Made by a program: the position numbers and the translations under genes. From positions 2,280,001 through 2,312,000 of the forward strand of contig NZ_CP013213.1 in assembly GCF_001545095.1 (NCBI RefSeq): a DNA stretch of 32,000 nt. Direction: 5' to 3'. The notes below the pieces were generated by a model. The model was given only the letters and a program-made list of their open reading frames with translations, was not told where the DNA came from and ran no database searches. This document shows, piece after piece, positions 17,537-28,562 of this stretch. How positions within the stretch are numbered: the first letter of the stretch is position 1; the number at the start of each line of letters is the position of its first letter. The stretch comes from Erysipelothrix larvae. GTDB taxonomy: Bacteria > Bacillota_I > Bacilli_A > Erysipelotrichales > Erysipelotrichaceae.

Positions 17537-19067
17537 GGTTCAATCACAAATCTTGTGGGATGGCACATTCCTAACATAGGTTTTCCTACTTGCATCAATT
17601 AACTTTAAGAAGAAGTATTCATCATCAGGGTAACCATAACCTTGTCTTCGTAGAGTCTTGATTTTATTATTGATACCTTCTATTTTACCCGCAGAAATCT
17701 TAATAGTTGCATGAGCGATGATTCCTTCAAAGTGATTGTCTAAGAGTCGTCCAAACCATTGAAAGTGTTTGTTTTTTGTAGCTTGACAGATTTCGACAAT
17801 TGAACTGATTTCATCTGCCATTTTACTCTCATCATTAAGGGTGTATGCGTAGCGCAATTTCTCTTTTACCACATCCAGTGTGAAGATTAATGCATTCTCT
17901 TTCAATAGTTCATCGTAACGTACTTCATGACCTTCTTTACGCGTAATGTTGGGTATATTAAATAAAGAACTGCCTTCCTTGATAATCTTTCCATTTCTGG
18001 CTTCATTGTCTTTTCTAATGAGCGTTTCTCGTGATGACATTAAGATGTATCTTGTCTTCTTAAGTGCCGCAGCAGCCTCTATATTCCCTTCATTCTTCAA
18101 ACGATTTTGCTCATCCTTGCGAACCTCGTTGATGACCTTATCATTAAAGTTTTTGATGATATGAAAATGATCAAATACAACTTGGATGTGTTCGCATTTT
18201 TCTTCAAACGCTTCTTGGTAATTTGAGTTCATATCGCATGCAACAGCTTCAACGTGATCCATCCACTTTAGGCCAACATGCTCTATAAAATCATAGACGA
18301 CTTGCTTCTTCTTTCCGTGTGCAATCCATAAAATGTGACCCGTTTCCATATCGATAATATGGGTTGCATACTTATGTCCATCATGGAGTTTAAACTCATC
18401 AATGCCTAGGTATCGTGTGTAGTCCTCTGGTTTCTTTAGTACCTCGCCATCAATTGTATAGAGTTCTTTCAAGCGTTTGAGGTCGATGGCTTTAACAGTG
18501 TTTTTCCCTAATCCTGTAATCTCAGCGACTTGCTTGAGGGTATATGTTCCAATACTGAGTAGGTCTCTTGTATAGTTTTCAAGTTCAATAGTAATAAAGT
18601 GGTTTTCAGCCTTAAACGGTACACTCTGCATCTTTGAATTCCTACAAGAAACACAATAGAATTGGGGTCTATCAAAACGAACATGCATCAGTGTTGCACC
18701 AATACTTAAATGCCTTAGTGTGCACGGTTTACGATTGTTTATATGCATCACCTTACCACAACCGCTGCATACTTTATCTGTTTCTTGAACTTCTAAAATA
18801 CCATGCATGCAATAAGCATCTCTTTGGGATCTTGTTGTTTCGATTGTGGTGTTGGTGTTATGAAATCCACGGAGTGTATTAGGGATTAAGAAATGATTTA
18901 AACATAGTTCTTGTGATTGGGTTAGTGTCTGTGTATAATTCATGTATGGACCTTCCTGTTTGTTTATTCTGCAAAATAAATTCTACAGTAAGGTCTTTTT
19001 TCATTCAAGTTGTTATTATTTTACAAATGTCATTCACAGGCAATCCCACATAAAAAGTGATTGACCC
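17537..19067 (-). mobile_element. Intact ISL3-family insertion sequence with an 8-bp target-site duplication
   Basis: The inverted repeats GGTTCAATCACAAATCTTGTGGGATGGC (17537..17564) and the reverse complement of 19040..19067 (GGGTCAATCACTTTTTATGTGGGATTGC) match at 21 of 28 positions. Identical direct repeats AGAAAAAA flank the element at 17529..17536 and 19068..19075. Confidence 0.9.
17540..18943 (-). CDS. ISL3-family transposase (467 aa, uninterrupted)
   Basis: N-terminal zinc-finger region (CSGCG...CVSC), an HTH (TLKQVAEITGLGKNTVKAI) and a DDE_Tnp_ISL3 core (LGIDEFKL..., VACDMNSNYQEAF, FDHFHIIKNFN, EGINNKIKTLRRQGYGY). Confidence 0.92.
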   Translation of the reverse strand: MNYTQTLTQSQELCLNHFLIPNTLRGFHNTNTTIETTRSQRDAYCMHGILEVQETDKVCSGCGKVMHINNRKPCTLRHLSIGATLMHVRFDRPQFYCVSCRNSKMQSVPFKAENHFITIELENYTRDLLSIGTYTLKQVAEITGLGKNTVKAIDLKRLKELYTIDGEVLKKPEDYTRYLGIDEFKLHDGHKYATHIIDMETGHILWIAHGKKKQVVYDFIEHVGLKWMDHVEAVACDMNSNYQEAFEEKCEHIQVVFDHFHIIKNFNDKVINEVRKDEQNRLKNEGNIEAAAALKKTRYILMSSRETLIRKDNEARNGKIIKEGSSLFNIPNITRKEGHEVRYDELLKENALIFTLDVVKEKLRYAYTLNDESKMADEISSIVEICQATKNKHFQWFGRLLDNHFEGIIAHATIKISAGKIEGINNKIKTLRRQGYGYPDDEYFFLKLIDASRKTYVRNVPSHKICD

Positions 19068-19181
19068 AGAAAAAATTAAGATAATACCCTATTATATATA
19101 ACTTACGAAACGATATTTCATATTTATAGTTTTATATTCTGATGTTGTAATATCGTTTCTTATGTGTTAGTATAAAATTAA

Positions 19182-19196
19182 TCGTAGCGCTTTCAT
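19182..19196 (+). promoter_or_regulatory. cre-like (CcpA) box between the promoter and RBS of the EEP lipoprotein gene
   Basis: The reverse complement ATGAAAGCGCTACGA fits WTGNAANCGNWNNCW with one mismatch. It shares the 12-mer GTAGCGCTTTCA with the box at 17335..17349. The candidate promoter is TTGTAA (19145..19150), 17 nt, TAGTAT (19168..19173). Confidence 0.5.
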
Positions 19197-19214
19197 AAGC
19201 AAGGGAGGATAATT

Positions 19215-21113
19215 ATGAAGAGATACGCATTATTTCTATTGAGTTGCTGCCTATTACTAGTAGGTTGTCAGTCTCACGATTCATCTGATAATAAAGGAAC
19301 GACCTTAAGAGTCGCAACGTGGAATATTGGAGCAAACCCTGATAGCAGCGTACCTGATATGCTCGACCAGATTACTTCAAACAATATTGAAATCGTAGGT
19401 TTGCAGGAGGTGGATATCAATAATGATCGAAATGATTATGATATGCTTTCTGAATTCAAAAGCGAGACTTACGAGCATTTACACTGGGCTAAAGGAAGGG
19501 ACTATGCGAATGGATATTTTGGACTCGGTATTGTATCTTCTTTCGCTTTTCTTCAATCTGCATCTATTCCAGTTGAATCAACAAGTAGCAATGCTACAAA
19601 AGTTATTGAAAAAGTAGTGTTTGAAAAAGAAGGAAAAGTTGTATCATTCTATAACGTTCATTTAAGTTGGGAAAATGAAAGTTTGCGAAAACGTCAATTT
19701 CAAGAACTAATTGACCGTGTAAACAACGATGAAAATGAATACAAGATTATCGTTGGTGACTTTAATGCTGATCAGAATAACAGAGAATATAAAATGTTTG
19801 CAGAACAGTTTACTTATGTTAACGGATATAAAGATCGTTGGATCGAAACCTTCCCAGATAAAGAAGCTGACCCTGCAATGAAGTCATATTCAATAGATAA
19901 TATTCTCGTCACAAAAAACATTCAAATTGATGGATTTAAATCTATTTCCAGTGATTTATCTGATCATGAAATGTTATACAGTGATCTTAAATTACTTGAC
20001 GATGCTACAGTCGAAACCGTAGCACCTAAAGATCGAAATATCGCACTTGCACAACTCGTAACTGTTTTACCTGAATCAGAACAAGATAACTATATACTTG
20101 TTGATGGTATTACAAATAACAATTGGAAGACTGTAGGAGAAGTGGAAATTACACTTGAACTCGACAGAATCTATCACTTATCTGATGTTAAGCTTTATAC
20201 TAACAACAAAAAGGTCGATGCATCTGCCCTTTCATTCTCTCTAGATGGTGAAAACTATACTGATAACACTGCCTTTGATATGGCTGATCTGGTTGAAATT
20301 GAGTGTAATCAATATGCTAAATTTGTGAAAGTATCCATCGAATCTTCAAGTGAAATTGTATTGAGTGAAGTCATGGTCTATGGTGAACCCGCTAATACAA
20401 CAATTAAGAACAGCTCAAACCTGCTCACGAGCACGCTTAATACAGATGCTTACGGAGGAATTAAACCTGGATGGAGTGTTGTAAGCAATAACCCTGCTGT
20501 GTCAGCGATTCAAGAAAATGATGCTATATCAATTTCCAACTTGATGGGAAATGGTTATGCAAGACTGAATCAACTCCTTCAACTAGAAGGAAATAAAACT
20601 TACAAACTAGCATTTGATGTTAAGGGAAATAATGTTGATTCCAGTGAATTTACACTGCGGATCCAGCAGTTTGATCGTCTTGGTGCACAAATAAAAACGT
20701 ATTCAACACAGCTTAAAAACAATCTTTTAATTAACGAAAATTACGAAACATTCCTAACAACATTTGTAACCGCTCCTAATGTGAATTTAGTCATTATTAG
20801 CATCGAGTTCTCAAATTCCGAAGGGCAACTATTCCTTAAATCTGCTGAATTGTCAGAAACAGTAAAAACACAAATGTTAACCGTTAAGGGATCCCACCAA
20901 ATGAAAATTGGAGAATCACAAACTCTTGAAACAATTAGCTATCCAACGAACGCTACCGATTACTCATATCATTGGGTAACAAGTGATCCAAGTGTTGCGG
21001 AAGTTGACGCTTCAGGGGTGGTAACTGCTTTAAAGAAAGGAACCGTGGTAATTTCACGAATATCGAATGAAAATCTTATCTTAGAATCATCGATTTTCAT
21101 AAACGTAGAGTAA
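19215..21113 (+). CDS. Surface lipoprotein with four domains: endonuclease/exonuclease/phosphatase (EEP), discoidin (F5/8 type C)-like, CBM-like beta-sandwich, and Big_2
   Basis: Lipobox LLLVG-C. EEP motifs are LRVATWNIG, GLQEV, VGDFNA and LSDHEM. The middle region (NNWKTVGEVEITLELDRIYHLSDVKLY...SEVMVYG) looks like a galactose-binding-like domain. The C-terminal VTSDPSVAEVDASGVVTALKKGTVVI is Big_2-like. Confidence 0.8.
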   Translation: MKRYALFLLSCCLLLVGCQSHDSSDNKGTTLRVATWNIGANPDSSVPDMLDQITSNNIEIVGLQEVDINNDRNDYDMLSEFKSETYEHLHWAKGRDYANGYFGLGIVSSFAFLQSASIPVESTSSNATKVIEKVVFEKEGKVVSFYNVHLSWENESLRKRQFQELIDRVNNDENEYKIIVGDFNADQNNREYKMFAEQFTYVNGYKDRWIETFPDKEADPAMKSYSIDNILVTKNIQIDGFKSISSDLSDHEMLYSDLKLLDDATVETVAPKDRNIALAQLVTVLPESEQDNYILVDGITNNNWKTVGEVEITLELDRIYHLSDVKLYTNNKKVDASALSFSLDGENYTDNTAFDMADLVEIECNQYAKFVKVSIESSSEIVLSEVMVYGEPANTTIKNSSNLLTSTLNTDAYGGIKPGWSVVSNNPAVSAIQENDAISISNLMGNGYARLNQLLQLEGNKTYKLAFDVKGNNVDSSEFTLRIQQFDRLGAQIKTYSTQLKNNLLINENYETFLTTFVTAPNVNLVIISIEFSNSEGQLFLKSAELSETVKTQMLTVKGSHQMKIGESQTLETISYPTNATDYSYHWVTSDPSVAEVDASGVVTALKKGTVVISRISNENLILESSIFINVE

Positions 21114-21156
21114 TCAAGGCATCAACTTTACGATATAAATACCACTCAGTTTAAAG

Positions 21157-21231
21157 AAAAAAGACGTATTATCATAAACAGAAAAATATATTCTTTGAAT
21201 ATATATATGTCTATGGTTTTCGTCTTTTTTT
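21157..21231 (+). terminator. Long composite hairpin terminator after the EEP gene
   Basis: Outer stem AAAAAAGACG / CGTCTTTTTT and inner stem TATATTC-ttt-GAATATA, followed by a T-run. Confidence 0.55.
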
Positions 21232-21290
21232 ACTTAGTAGAAAATATTCTGTATAGTATTCTGATTTATTAGAAACCCTATACTAAAATC

Positions 21291-21350
21291 TATAAAAACC
21301 CCATGGCATGAACACTAGATTATTCTACCAGTTCCATTTCCATAGGGTTT
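21291..21350 (-). terminator. Hairpin terminator after the GH1 gene
   Basis: The minus strand reads AAACCCTATGG, a ~33-nt partly paired loop, then CCATGGGGTTT followed by TTTATAGATTTT. Confidence 0.5.
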
Positions 21351-21376
21351 AACTAATTTCTATTTATCACAGGTAC

Positions 21377-23132
<1,756 letters not shown>

Positions 23133-23150
23133 AACTTACCCCCGATTCTA

Positions 23151-24386
23151 TTAATTAGCTTTTGCTGTTTCTTCAGCAAGCGATTGATTATCAAATACCT
23201 TAAAGAATGGATAGTATACCACCCACGAAATCGCAAATAGTACAAACCAATAAATTACTGATACAAATGAACCGGATTCAAAGTAAGCACTGATAAATCC
23301 AGGCAAGTACCAAAAGCCAAACAACCGAGTCGGAATTGGGACTATATTTAAACTCATCAGAATATAAGTGAGTACCGGTGCAATTAATCCATTTATCCAC
23401 ATTGGAATCATTAGAATTGGATTAAATGCCACTGGAGCTCCAAAGATAATTGGTTCATTAATATTACAAATTGATGGCACGATTGTGGATCGTCCAATTG
23501 TTTTAACCTTTTTTGACTTCGCTCTTAGCATCATTATGTTAAGTGCTAAAGTCATTCCTCCTCCACCAATACTAAAGAACGTTGTAGTTCCTAATGTATG
23601 AATGTATTGAGCACTACCCCCGGCAGCGATTAGTGCTTGATTTGCACTAAATGCCTGATTTGTGATTGCATACATAATCGGATAGAGAAGCCAAGTTGAG
23701 ATACCAAAAGTGTAAAGGAAGGAGTATCCCAAGAAGTTTAATATTACAAAGCCCCAGAATGACTGACCAACTTTGATAAATGGTGAGAACATTTGGTAAA
23801 TTAGATCAAATATGTTTAATCCCGCTAACTCTGTTAGTGCCCAACCAAATAAAATAATGAGTGCGATAGGAATTAATGTATCAAACCATACTGTAATGAA
23901 GTCTGGTAATGAAGAGTCTTCTTTGAAAAATGAAAGATTTGAAAATATATTCATAACCAATGATACAAAGACACCTGATACCAATGAAGCAATCATCCCT
24001 CCAGATCCTAAATTTCCAAATTGAACAATCATGTTGCCGTCTGCATCAAAAATTGGAGAAATGATCATCATGAAAAATGCAATACCAGCTAATCCTGCTT
24101 GTTTCGCAATTCGTCTACGTCTTTTCTTCGTAAGAATTGCTTCAGGAATCAAGTACGCTAGAAATAGCGACATAAGTCCAAACGAATAATTGCTCAATGC
24201 TGATAGATCTGGGAATCCAGGTATTAATTCTTGAAAGATTCCAGCAAACGTACCAATTGACCCAATTAAAATTACAGGCATGATTGTTAGTAGTGATTCT
24301 TGTACACCTGCAACCCACGGGTTGCGGGTAATTTTATTCATTGCTTTTGAAAAATCTCCAGACATCCAATCCATAAATTTTTGCAT
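23151..24386 (-). CDS. PTS lactose/cellobiose-family EIIC permease
   Basis: Polytopic membrane protein. The N-terminal MQKFMDWMSGDFSKAMNKITRNPWVAGVQESL and the later NINEPIIFGAPVAFNP motif are typical of cellobiose-type EIIC. Confidence 0.88.
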   Translation of the reverse strand: MQKFMDWMSGDFSKAMNKITRNPWVAGVQESLLTIMPVILIGSIGTFAGIFQELIPGFPDLSALSNYSFGLMSLFLAYLIPEAILTKKRRRRIAKQAGLAGIAFFMMIISPIFDADGNMIVQFGNLGSGGMIASLVSGVFVSLVMNIFSNLSFFKEDSSLPDFITVWFDTLIPIALIILFGWALTELAGLNIFDLIYQMFSPFIKVGQSFWGFVILNFLGYSFLYTFGISTWLLYPIMYAITNQAFSANQALIAAGGSAQYIHTLGTTTFFSIGGGGMTLALNIMMLRAKSKKVKTIGRSTIVPSICNINEPIIFGAPVAFNPILMIPMWINGLIAPVLTYILMSLNIVPIPTRLFGFWYLPGFISAYFESGSFVSVIYWFVLFAISWVVYYPFFKVFDNQSLAEETAKAN

Positions 24387-24389
24387 ATA

Positions 24390-24701
24390 TTATTCCCCCA
24401 GTAATTTTAGCGCTTGGTTTACCAACCCTTTACCATCAAGTTGTCCATATATTTCTTCGCTAATAATTTCGATTCTTACACCATATTCTTCGGTGATTTC
24501 TTTTAAATCATCAACCATATAGCTCAAATGAGGTCCTACCATTATTAATGCAGAATCCTCAATATAGTCTTCAACAACAGCGTCACTTCTTGCTATGAAT
24601 GTTAAGTCTACACCCATATCTTTAGCAGCTGAACGCGCATTACTCGCCATAAAACCACTAGACGCTCCTGTCCCACATAATAATAAAATCTGTCTTGCCA
24701 T
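24390..24701 (-). CDS. PTS lactose/cellobiose-family EIIB component
   Basis: ILLLCGTGASSGFMA carries the active-site Cys loop. About 100 aa. TAGGAGG lies upstream. Confidence 0.88.
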   Translation of the reverse strand: MARQILLLCGTGASSGFMASNARSAAKDMGVDLTFIARSDAVVEDYIEDSALIMVGPHLSYMVDDLKEITEEYGVRIEIISEEIYGQLDGKGLVNQALKLLGE

Positions 24702-24723
24702 AATTATTACCTCCTATACTTTG

Positions 24724-24780
24724 ATTATATTTGTAATGAAAATTTGATACCACTATATAAAGTTCCACCTATGAGGAACT
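24724..24780 (-). promoter_or_regulatory. Activator-dependent promoter of the cellobiose-type PTS operon with an upstream dyad
   Basis: On the minus strand the -10 is TATAAT (24729..24724), with a poor -35 (TGGTAT) 17 nt upstream. The perfect dyad AGTTCC-N8-GGAACT (24761..24780) lies immediately upstream of the -35 region, where LicR/MtlR-type activators bind. Confidence 0.45.
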
Positions 24781-24850
24781 AAACATATAGAATATGATTT
24801 TTATTACTTGATATGATTATATTGGGAAGTAATGCAAGGGGATGATCAAA

Positions 24851-26773
24851 ATGGTTTTAAATGCGAAACAAGAGCTTCTTATCGAACTACTCAAAGAAAA
24901 TGAGACTTTAACTGGGGAGATGATTGCAAACTCACTCAACGTATCAACAAGAAAAATTCGTAAATATGTACACGCCATTAACCAAACATTCGATTCTTTA
25001 GTTCTTTCTAGCAATCGAGGGTATGTTTTAAACAAAGAAAAATATACTTCTATTTACCAAGCACAACCGGATACTCTTGAGAGCATCGCGAATTTTTCAC
25101 CTGGACAAAGACGTGACTACCTAATACAAGTAATGCTCGCTGAAAAAACCACGAACATATTTGATTTAGCCGATGAATGCTTCGTCAGCTTAGCCACGAT
25201 TGAGAGTGATTTACAGAATCTTAAGAAACGACTAATAAAAAATAATCTTGAGATTCAAATTAAACAAAACCATGTCTCGATACTCGGTGATGAACTCGAT
25301 AAGCGCAAGCTCATGAATGAGATTATTGGGAAAAGAAATATTAGCGGTAATACTTTTACAAATGAGATGAAAATTCTCATTGATTATTATAAATTTGATG
25401 ACATTTCATCAGACATCCGCAATATTATGTTGTCATATGATATTTTTGCAAATGATTATGCACTCAATGCGATCGTTCTTCACGTCGTGATTATGGTTGA
25501 CCGATTCAAAAATAAGAAGGAGTTGCCACCACAATACATTAACGATGATTTTTCAAAATCACTATCGTATCAGGTCGCAATAGAAATTACGAACCTCATC
25601 AACTCAACCTTTAATATAACAATTAGTGATAGTGAAATATATCAACTAACACTCGTTATTGATAATAATACTTCCTCAATCGACTTCTCGATCATTAATG
25701 CGGAAAATATTAGTGATTATATTGATGACGAAATTATAGAGATTGCTAAGTTTCTCATGGGCAAAATTGAGCGCAAGTTTTATATCGATAGTCTAGATGA
25801 GAATTTCTTCGTTAAGTTTACAATCCATGTACATAACTTAATGAATCGAGTCAAAGCAAATCATACTACAATCAATCCCTTTAAATTGCAACTTAAAAAT
25901 CAAAATCCCTTTATTTATGACATAGCAGTCTATATGGCATACAAGCTTCAAAAAAAATATGACATAACCATCAATGAAGATGAGATATCATATTTTGCAA
26001 TACATGTAGGAGGTCATCTCCAACTGATTAATCAAAAATCTATGAAACTTAAAGCAATTTTTGTGTATATTGAATACTATGATTTACACAACACATTGAT
26101 AAAAGAAATCAATAACACTTTCAACGACCGCCTTGAAATTATAAGAATTCTTCCAGTAAGTGAATACGATATTAATTTAGAAGATGCATCAGACATTATT
26201 CTAATGTCTGAAACAATCAAAGAATCACCTAAACATATCTACGTTGGTCACTTCCTTACACCACGTATTGTTGAAGATATTCAAACACGTATTAGTCTAA
26301 TAATTTCAGAATATTATAAAGAAAAATTCAAAAATATCGCTTTAAATTTTTTTAACAAAGATCTCTATGCTGTAAAAGCAACGACTAATTACACTCGATT
26401 TGATATTATCAAATGGATTACAAAGCAAACAACGAAGTTTGGGTATACGAGCAAGTATTTCATTCATGATATCATTGACCGTGAAAAACTTTCGAGCACA
26501 AACTTTAAAACAGTTGCAATCCCTCATTCCTTGTCCACCACCGTAGAGAAAAGCTTTATCTATACATACCTAAGCAAAGAACCACTTCAATGGGGAGATT
26601 CTAGTGTGAATCTTGTTCTTCTGGTTGGCGTAAACAGTAATGATATGAATAATTTTTCAATCCTATTTGATACACTAGTCGAGATATTGATCAATCCAGT
26701 TAATGTATCTTATCTTCTAGAATCAGAAAGCTACACTATGTTTATTGAACGCTTATTCTCCCTTTACAAATAA
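24851..26773 (+). CDS. PRD-domain transcriptional activator (LicR/MtlR/CelR-like: HTH, Mga-like, 2 PRD, EIIB-like, EIIA-like)
   Basis: N-terminal wHTH (LTGEMIANSLNVSTRKIRKYV). PRD histidines sit in contexts LHVVIMVDR, FTIHVHNLMNR and FAIHVGGH. The C-terminal EIIA(Mtl/Fru)-like domain has VAIPHS. The EIIB-like segment (KAIFVYIEYYD) lacks the usual Cys loop. Start chosen at 24851 (10 nt after AAGGGG) rather than 24842. Confidence 0.85.
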   Translation: MVLNAKQELLIELLKENETLTGEMIANSLNVSTRKIRKYVHAINQTFDSLVLSSNRGYVLNKEKYTSIYQAQPDTLESIANFSPGQRRDYLIQVMLAEKTTNIFDLADECFVSLATIESDLQNLKKRLIKNNLEIQIKQNHVSILGDELDKRKLMNEIIGKRNISGNTFTNEMKILIDYYKFDDISSDIRNIMLSYDIFANDYALNAIVLHVVIMVDRFKNKKELPPQYINDDFSKSLSYQVAIEITNLINSTFNITISDSEIYQLTLVIDNNTSSIDFSIINAENISDYIDDEIIEIAKFLMGKIERKFYIDSLDENFFVKFTIHVHNLMNRVKANHTTINPFKLQLKNQNPFIYDIAVYMAYKLQKKYDITINEDEISYFAIHVGGHLQLINQKSMKLKAIFVYIEYYDLHNTLIKEINNTFNDRLEIIRILPVSEYDINLEDASDIILMSETIKESPKHIYVGHFLTPRIVEDIQTRISLIISEYYKEKFKNIALNFFNKDLYAVKATTNYTRFDIIKWITKQTTKFGYTSKYFIHDIIDREKLSSTNFKTVAIPHSLSTTVEKSFIYTYLSKEPLQWGDSSVNLVLLVGVNSNDMNNFSILFDTLVEILINPVNVSYLLESESYTMFIERLFSLYK

Positions 26774-26840
26774 CTACGTATTCCACTTTTTTGCATAAAC
26801 CGATTTATATTGACTTATTACTGTACTTTGTTTCAACAAC

Positions 26841-28334
26841 TTATTTATATTCTTTCGTACTAAATAAAAACTCTTCAAAGAAATACTCAGATTTATTTGA
26901 AAGATGCTCATTGACATGATCCATCCCATAGTATTCATAGAGTGTTGGTACATTGGAGAATAAGTTTGTTCCCAGTCCCAAACGATCCCCTTTAATATCA
27001 ACTCCAATTGCTGCAAGTGTTGTTGGGAAAACATCCATAATATACATCTCACGATTTTTATTTTTTGCCGCCTTAATCAAAGCATCATCTACATTTATGT
27101 AAGCATTGAACGTTGTCCGAAGATAATTTTGATCGAGTGTCTTGAAGTAGTTTTTCTCCATGCTTAAATGATCGCCATGAACGATAATCACGGTGTCTTC
27201 ATAGTAATCTTGTGCTTGAACATATTTAATAAAATCACTCACCATTCCATCAACACATGAAATAGAGTTTTCATAGGGTTGTGTAGAATCAGTTGGACAA
27301 GACTTATCGGTATAACCATCAGGAAAGTGGGAATCATCTGCTTCAATAACCATCATAAATGGATCATCAAGTTTAGATACTTCCTCAAGTCTTTGTTTTG
27401 AGAACTCAAAGAGTTTCTTATCCTCAAACCCCCACCATTCAGAGTAGTCTTGAGGAATTAGTCCTTTTTCTTTCGCAATTGTAAGGTCAAGGATATTAAA
27501 GTCTCCATGTGTTTTATAGAAGTTATTTACACCTGCGAATACGCCATCCGCACCCACTAGGAACTCCGTGTTATATCCTTCCTTCTTCAAGATATCACCA
27601 AGTGTAATTGTTCCTGGTGCAAACTCATATAGGTTTCCATAATCATTTCCATTGGTTGGTACTTTAAAAGGAAGTCCTGATTGTGAAGCATACATTGCTG
27701 CAATAGAATAGCCAGTTTCAGGTGCTTGGAATGGACCACCTAACTTATCGGTATTCGAGAAATTAATCGACCCTTTCTCGTTCACAATGTTTGTTAAGTT
27801 TGGAATGAGATTCCTGTCGACATTTCCGCCCAGCTCTTTTGATAAATAGGTAGTTTCATACGATTCAACATAAATAAAGATGAGGTTTTTCTTTTGTTGT
27901 GGAAACTTCAATATTTCAGACGATGGAAGTACATAGTTCTCTTCAAAAAACGTTGTTTTATCCGCAAAGAAATACTTTGATATTTTAAGACTTGTGTTCA
28001 TATATACTATGCTTCCCGCAAATATCGACAATGTAACAAGACCCAATCCAATCTTTTTAATAAGCATGCGTGCTTTTACTTTCTTTAAGATTCTTACATA
28101 TACCAGTGAAACCAGTATCGTAACCACGATTATCAGGAGTACATATTGTAGAATCTTAAGATAGAAACTCATCGGAGTCCCATCAGTGGGTGATGTGATA
28201 CTGAAATAATATTGCTCAAAACTCACATCCCCAAAATTCATGACCATCCATGCCGTGAATCCAAATATAAAAATTGAAATAAGCAAAACAAGTGCTGATA
28301 TTACCGTATATAATTTATATTTTTCTCTTTTCAT
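26841..28334 (-). CDS. LtaS/MdoB-like sulfatase-fold phosphoglycerol (or related) transferase, membrane-anchored
   Basis: N-terminal TM helices are followed by an extracellular alkaline-phosphatase-superfamily domain with IFIYVESYE, PETGYSIAAMYASQSG and IIVHGDHLS (metal/nucleophile motifs). Start trimmed to ATG at 28334, after GGAGGG. Confidence 0.8.
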   Translation of the reverse strand: MKREKYKLYTVISALVLLISIFIFGFTAWMVMNFGDVSFEQYYFSITSPTDGTPMSFYLKILQYVLLIIVVTILVSLVYVRILKKVKARMLIKKIGLGLVTLSIFAGSIVYMNTSLKISKYFFADKTTFFEENYVLPSSEILKFPQQKKNLIFIYVESYETTYLSKELGGNVDRNLIPNLTNIVNEKGSINFSNTDKLGGPFQAPETGYSIAAMYASQSGLPFKVPTNGNDYGNLYEFAPGTITLGDILKKEGYNTEFLVGADGVFAGVNNFYKTHGDFNILDLTIAKEKGLIPQDYSEWWGFEDKKLFEFSKQRLEEVSKLDDPFMMVIEADDSHFPDGYTDKSCPTDSTQPYENSISCVDGMVSDFIKYVQAQDYYEDTVIIVHGDHLSMEKNYFKTLDQNYLRTTFNAYINVDDALIKAAKNKNREMYIMDVFPTTLAAIGVDIKGDRLGLGTNLFSNVPTLYEYYGMDHVNEHLSNKSEYFFEEFLFSTKEYK

Positions 28335-28562
28335 TTTCCCTCCACACAAAAATCGACCATTGATTTAGTCAATCTTTGATTTTTTTTGACCTAATGTTTC
28401 ATAAACGTGCAAAAAAGGTGCTGTTTAAACAACACATGAAATCCATTTATAACGCCTAATATTTCCGTAAAATATCATGTTTCCCCCAACCTATATTGAC
28501 AGGTGTATTATATCATATGAACGATTACTATCATTATGAATCTTTTAATATTCGTAAATAAG

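Noticed and set aside
26774-27052. 92-aa ORF overlapping the 3' end of the LtaS-like gene in another frame
   Set aside because: It is an alternative frame of the same strand with no RBS. The overlapping frame carries the conserved sulfatase-fold C-terminus.
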